Source: Amphiscolops sp. MND2022
Taxonomy: Eukaryota
Assembly: GCA_964187785.1 (NCBI GenBank)
Contig: OZ076409.1
Coordinates: 35,714,001 to 35,774,000 of the forward strand
Direction of reading: 5' to 3'
Length of the DNA: 60,000 nt
Positions within the stretch are counted from its first letter, which is position 1; every line of letters starts with the position of its first letter. Positions 56,941-60,000 of this stretch are shown in pieces. The notes below the pieces were generated by a model. The model did no database searches and was not told where the DNA came from. It saw only the letters and a program-made list of their open reading frames with translations. The translations under genes and the position numbers were made by a program.

Positions 56941-59569
56941 AATGAGATATGTTCACATTTATTTTGTGCATCGTTTAAAAATTTGAATGAGAATTAAATT
57001 TATGTTGCAATAAATCTATGTAATGACAGTTAGCTTCAAAGTCCTGAACTTGATCCGAGTACCGTTACAGTTGATGTATTCTTTTTGAGAAACGGCTTTT
57101 TGTATGTATTCGTCCATTTCGAGGTCTTTGTCGAAAACAACTTTTTTCATAAACTGTTTTGAGAAACGCTTTGGATCAGCGGCCGAACTGCTTTAAAGTC
57201 AGCTGTGGTACTTGTTCCCTTCAGACTGTATGCTTCATCGACCCCGTACTCTTTATCTGTTTTCTATTTACAATGCATCGAACACAAAATCTCTTCCCTC
57301 CCGTGATCCTATGTGAAGTCCCGGAATAGCGTTAATCAACTTGGAACTGAATTAAAGAACCGAACAAAGGACGCGCGAAACTCGCCCTGTGCCCGGCCTT
57401 CAAAGTCTCCCTCCATAATAGTTGAGACTCCCTGAGTTGATGACAAAAGAAGAAACAATAGAAATAATACTTTTTCATCACACAAACATCACTCTTAATA
57501 CTTTATTGGGGATAGCACTGGCTATCTTCACACCAAGTTGTTTTTGATTACACGTTAGTTTTCTTAATGTTTATTTTGTTCATTGATGGTTTTGTATTGA
57601 CCGCATTTGTATCAAATATACTCTTAACATATTCCCTTAAAATATACGTTCATATTGAAGAAATCAATGTCTCTAAATTATTCTTTGTAGCTATTTTTTC
57701 TATCATACTTTGTTCCGCCCCTAAACGTCAGGTGAAACGCTAAAACAACATCTGACTTATTGATGTCTGCTCACTGATCAAAACTCGCTACAAGCAAATA
57801 GGTTGAACCAGTGATCGTCGAAGCTAAAAAGTTCTAGTTTCAGCAATTTGTTTGTCAAACATGCAAGTAATTTGGACGAGAAACAAGGAACAATTGATTT
57901 TATTGTTCATCAAAAATTTCAAAGTTTTGAGGGATAAAAGAGGCGGAAGTTCGCCAAAATTTTGCTCTGAAAATCATCAAATTATTTTGTTGATCCATTC
58001 AGTTCGATTCGTAGAAAAATCTTTAATTTGTTCTGCTGAAAGTCAGTTTATCGGTTGCGAGTAGCTATATCAGCTATTTGAGTTTGAAACAAGAACTTTA
58101 TTGAACAACTTATCAACTTGCAACAGAGTAATGAAAGTTCGAAAGTTGCATGTAAATGTTTTTAAAATTTTCGCTGAGTTTTTCTCGCGTGTTGTGATTC
58201 ATTTAAATCCAATAGATCGATTGCCTCGTTTCAGACGTCAATGAGTGTTTCTGGGTGGAAGCAATTAGCCGTGGCTGATGCAGTTGTCACAATCACTTTG
58301 ATAGATAGCTGTGATATTATTTCTCACGAAGTTTTGTCGCCAGACTCCAATGATACAATCAATGATGAGCGTGTTGTAACTTTGACAGATGCGTATGAAA
58401 AAGCGTTGGTTGACTTTGCGTTTGCGCCAGTTTCATTATTTACCGGAACAGAGGTTTACGAATCTTGGCGTTTTTGGGAAGAAAGATAACGAAATGAGGA
58501 GTAAAATTGAGTTGATGGGGTTTCTTGCTGAACTACCTAAGTTTTGTGATTTGCCTGTTGATGCGAATGTTCCGTCTTCAAACGAAAGAGAGAAGAATTA
58601 ATGCTGTGGCCATTGTCTAACCGTAAACTATGGGCCTGAATATTTTGGCGATCAGAATAAAGAACGTCTTTGTCCTCATGTTGAATTTCGAGGGAACAGA
58701 ACTGTCGTTTTCAATTCCCGTACTAGGTCTGAAGCACGGATGACTAGTGAGAGAGGTAGAATGGTTGGAACTGAGTTCGAAAATGTCAGGAAGTCTGCTG
58801 AATTCTCATGTCCTCTTGAGCATTCCAAGTCAGTTTGCCAATCGCGGACTTGGAAGAGACCTACATAAAGGGCTGCTCTGTAGTAAATTGAAAACGAATA
58901 AAATACCAAATTGGTTATCTTCACAATCGTCGTGAAATTAAAAATCACCAAAATTTGAAACTTCGTAGAAATGGTAAAATTGTACGATTATGAATGATGC
59001 AATTATTACATTGATTCTACTCATAATTACCAATTCTATAAGGTTCTGAATAGAAACGTTTTTCAACTTTTTTTACGACGAAAAAGCTTCGAAAAATCTG
59101 GTTGTCTTTGAATTCGAGAATGAGAATCGTTCTTCGTATAAAATAGGTTCCTTTAGTGCTTTTACGTCTTGGCTACTTTCTATATACAATGACAAAACAC
59201 TTGGAAGTCAGAATGTTTTTTAATGTGTTAAAACGCTATGACATGAACTTATCAGCCCTTTCTACATCATGTATCAACGGGAGATTTGGAACATCCCAAC
59301 GCAAGAAAATGAAACCGATATCCGATGCAAACTTTATTAGCCTTTGTAGGAACAGTTTGTCTTCCGACAACATCCCTACACCTTCAGATATAATTTCGAT
59401 TGTAAATAGTCCAATAGTGCCAACTCGCGAAGTGGTTCGCTGCTCTTTTTCGCTGCAGCTTCCTTGTAATCTGGAATTTTCCTTTTCTGAAAAAACGACT
59501 AACCAAAGTTTCTCTGATGATATATCGTCTTCCGGTTATTTTGCACTTTTTGAAGGTTCTGAGGTCAGT

Positions 59570-59990
59570 GTGTAAGGGTTTCAAGAAATTTTCCTGGAAT
59601 TTGTTGAAAGACATAAACTACCTGAAAACGCTCAAAAGAAACTTTTAACATTGTTCAAGCGACTGCTGCCAGGACCGAAAATTGTTCCCAAAAATCTGAA
59701 TCATCGTAGAACAAAAATTTATTCAGACGGCATCGAGGTGCTAGAAATCAGAAAACAAGTCTCGCGAGTCCTTAAGCGGAATCACAATGTTCTCCCAGAT
59801 CTAACAACAGTCACACTTTTGACCAATACAGACAGTGCAACTCCATTTCGCTCGGCGAAAAAAACTTTTTGGCCTTTCTGGGCCTTAGTTGATACTCTAC
59901 CCAGCCCTAGACGAACTGCCCTTGAAAATAAGATACTGTTGGTTTTATGGAGGCAACAGTAAACCGGATTTCGATTTGATAATTTGATTG
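59570..59990 (+). pseudogene. Animal EnSpm-like transposase fragment
   Basis: LLTNTDSATPFRSAKKTFWPFWALVDTLPSPRRTALENKILLVLW then frameshifted KPDF; fits the NTDG.P.F.S...WP......LP...R...N..L..LW...KP pattern. Confidence 0.7.
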
Positions 59991-60000
59991 GTCCATTAAT

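Larger units (their letters stand above)
54845..60000 (+). mobile_element. Large decayed EnSpm/CACTA(CMC)-like DNA transposon inserted in BEL pol (runs off right edge)
   Basis: Sharp junction starting CCCATG; subterminal GGATTCCG-like repeats in both orientations (54856-54950); transposase-like remnant at 59570-59990. Continuity of the whole 5 kb as one element is inferred. Confidence 0.55.

Overview
AT-rich, repeat-dense eukaryotic (invertebrate animal) genomic DNA; no prokaryotic features or CRISPR. Three protein-coding genes, all on the minus strand: (1) the 5' part of an SCLT1-like centriolar coiled-coil gene (9 phase-consistent exons, 12418 to 2137, continuing off the left edge); (2) a complete GALNT1/13-like polypeptide GalNAc-transferase (47552 to 26000, about 609 aa); (3) a single-ORF peroxisomal acyl-CoA oxidase (664 aa, C-terminal SKL) ending only ~400 bp upstream of the GALNT ATG. 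The best finding is a tandemly duplicated, apparently mutually exclusive exon pair (32934-33104 and 31185-31343) encoding two versions of part of the GALNT peptide-binding groove. It comes with a dense YGCY cluster, UGCAUG motifs and a candidate 24-nt microexon. Much of the rest is nested transposons: a Gypsy LTR+gag, a decayed BEL/Pao element interrupted by an EnSpm/CACTA-like element, a decayed hAT, Tc1/mariner-type MITEs, and at least five families of Helentron-like non-autonomous elements, two carrying tRNA-like Pol III cassettes. There is also a near-perfect 3.59-kb tandem duplication and a 3 x ~984-bp array. All homology calls are from recognised motifs, not database searches, and exon structures are manual predictions.
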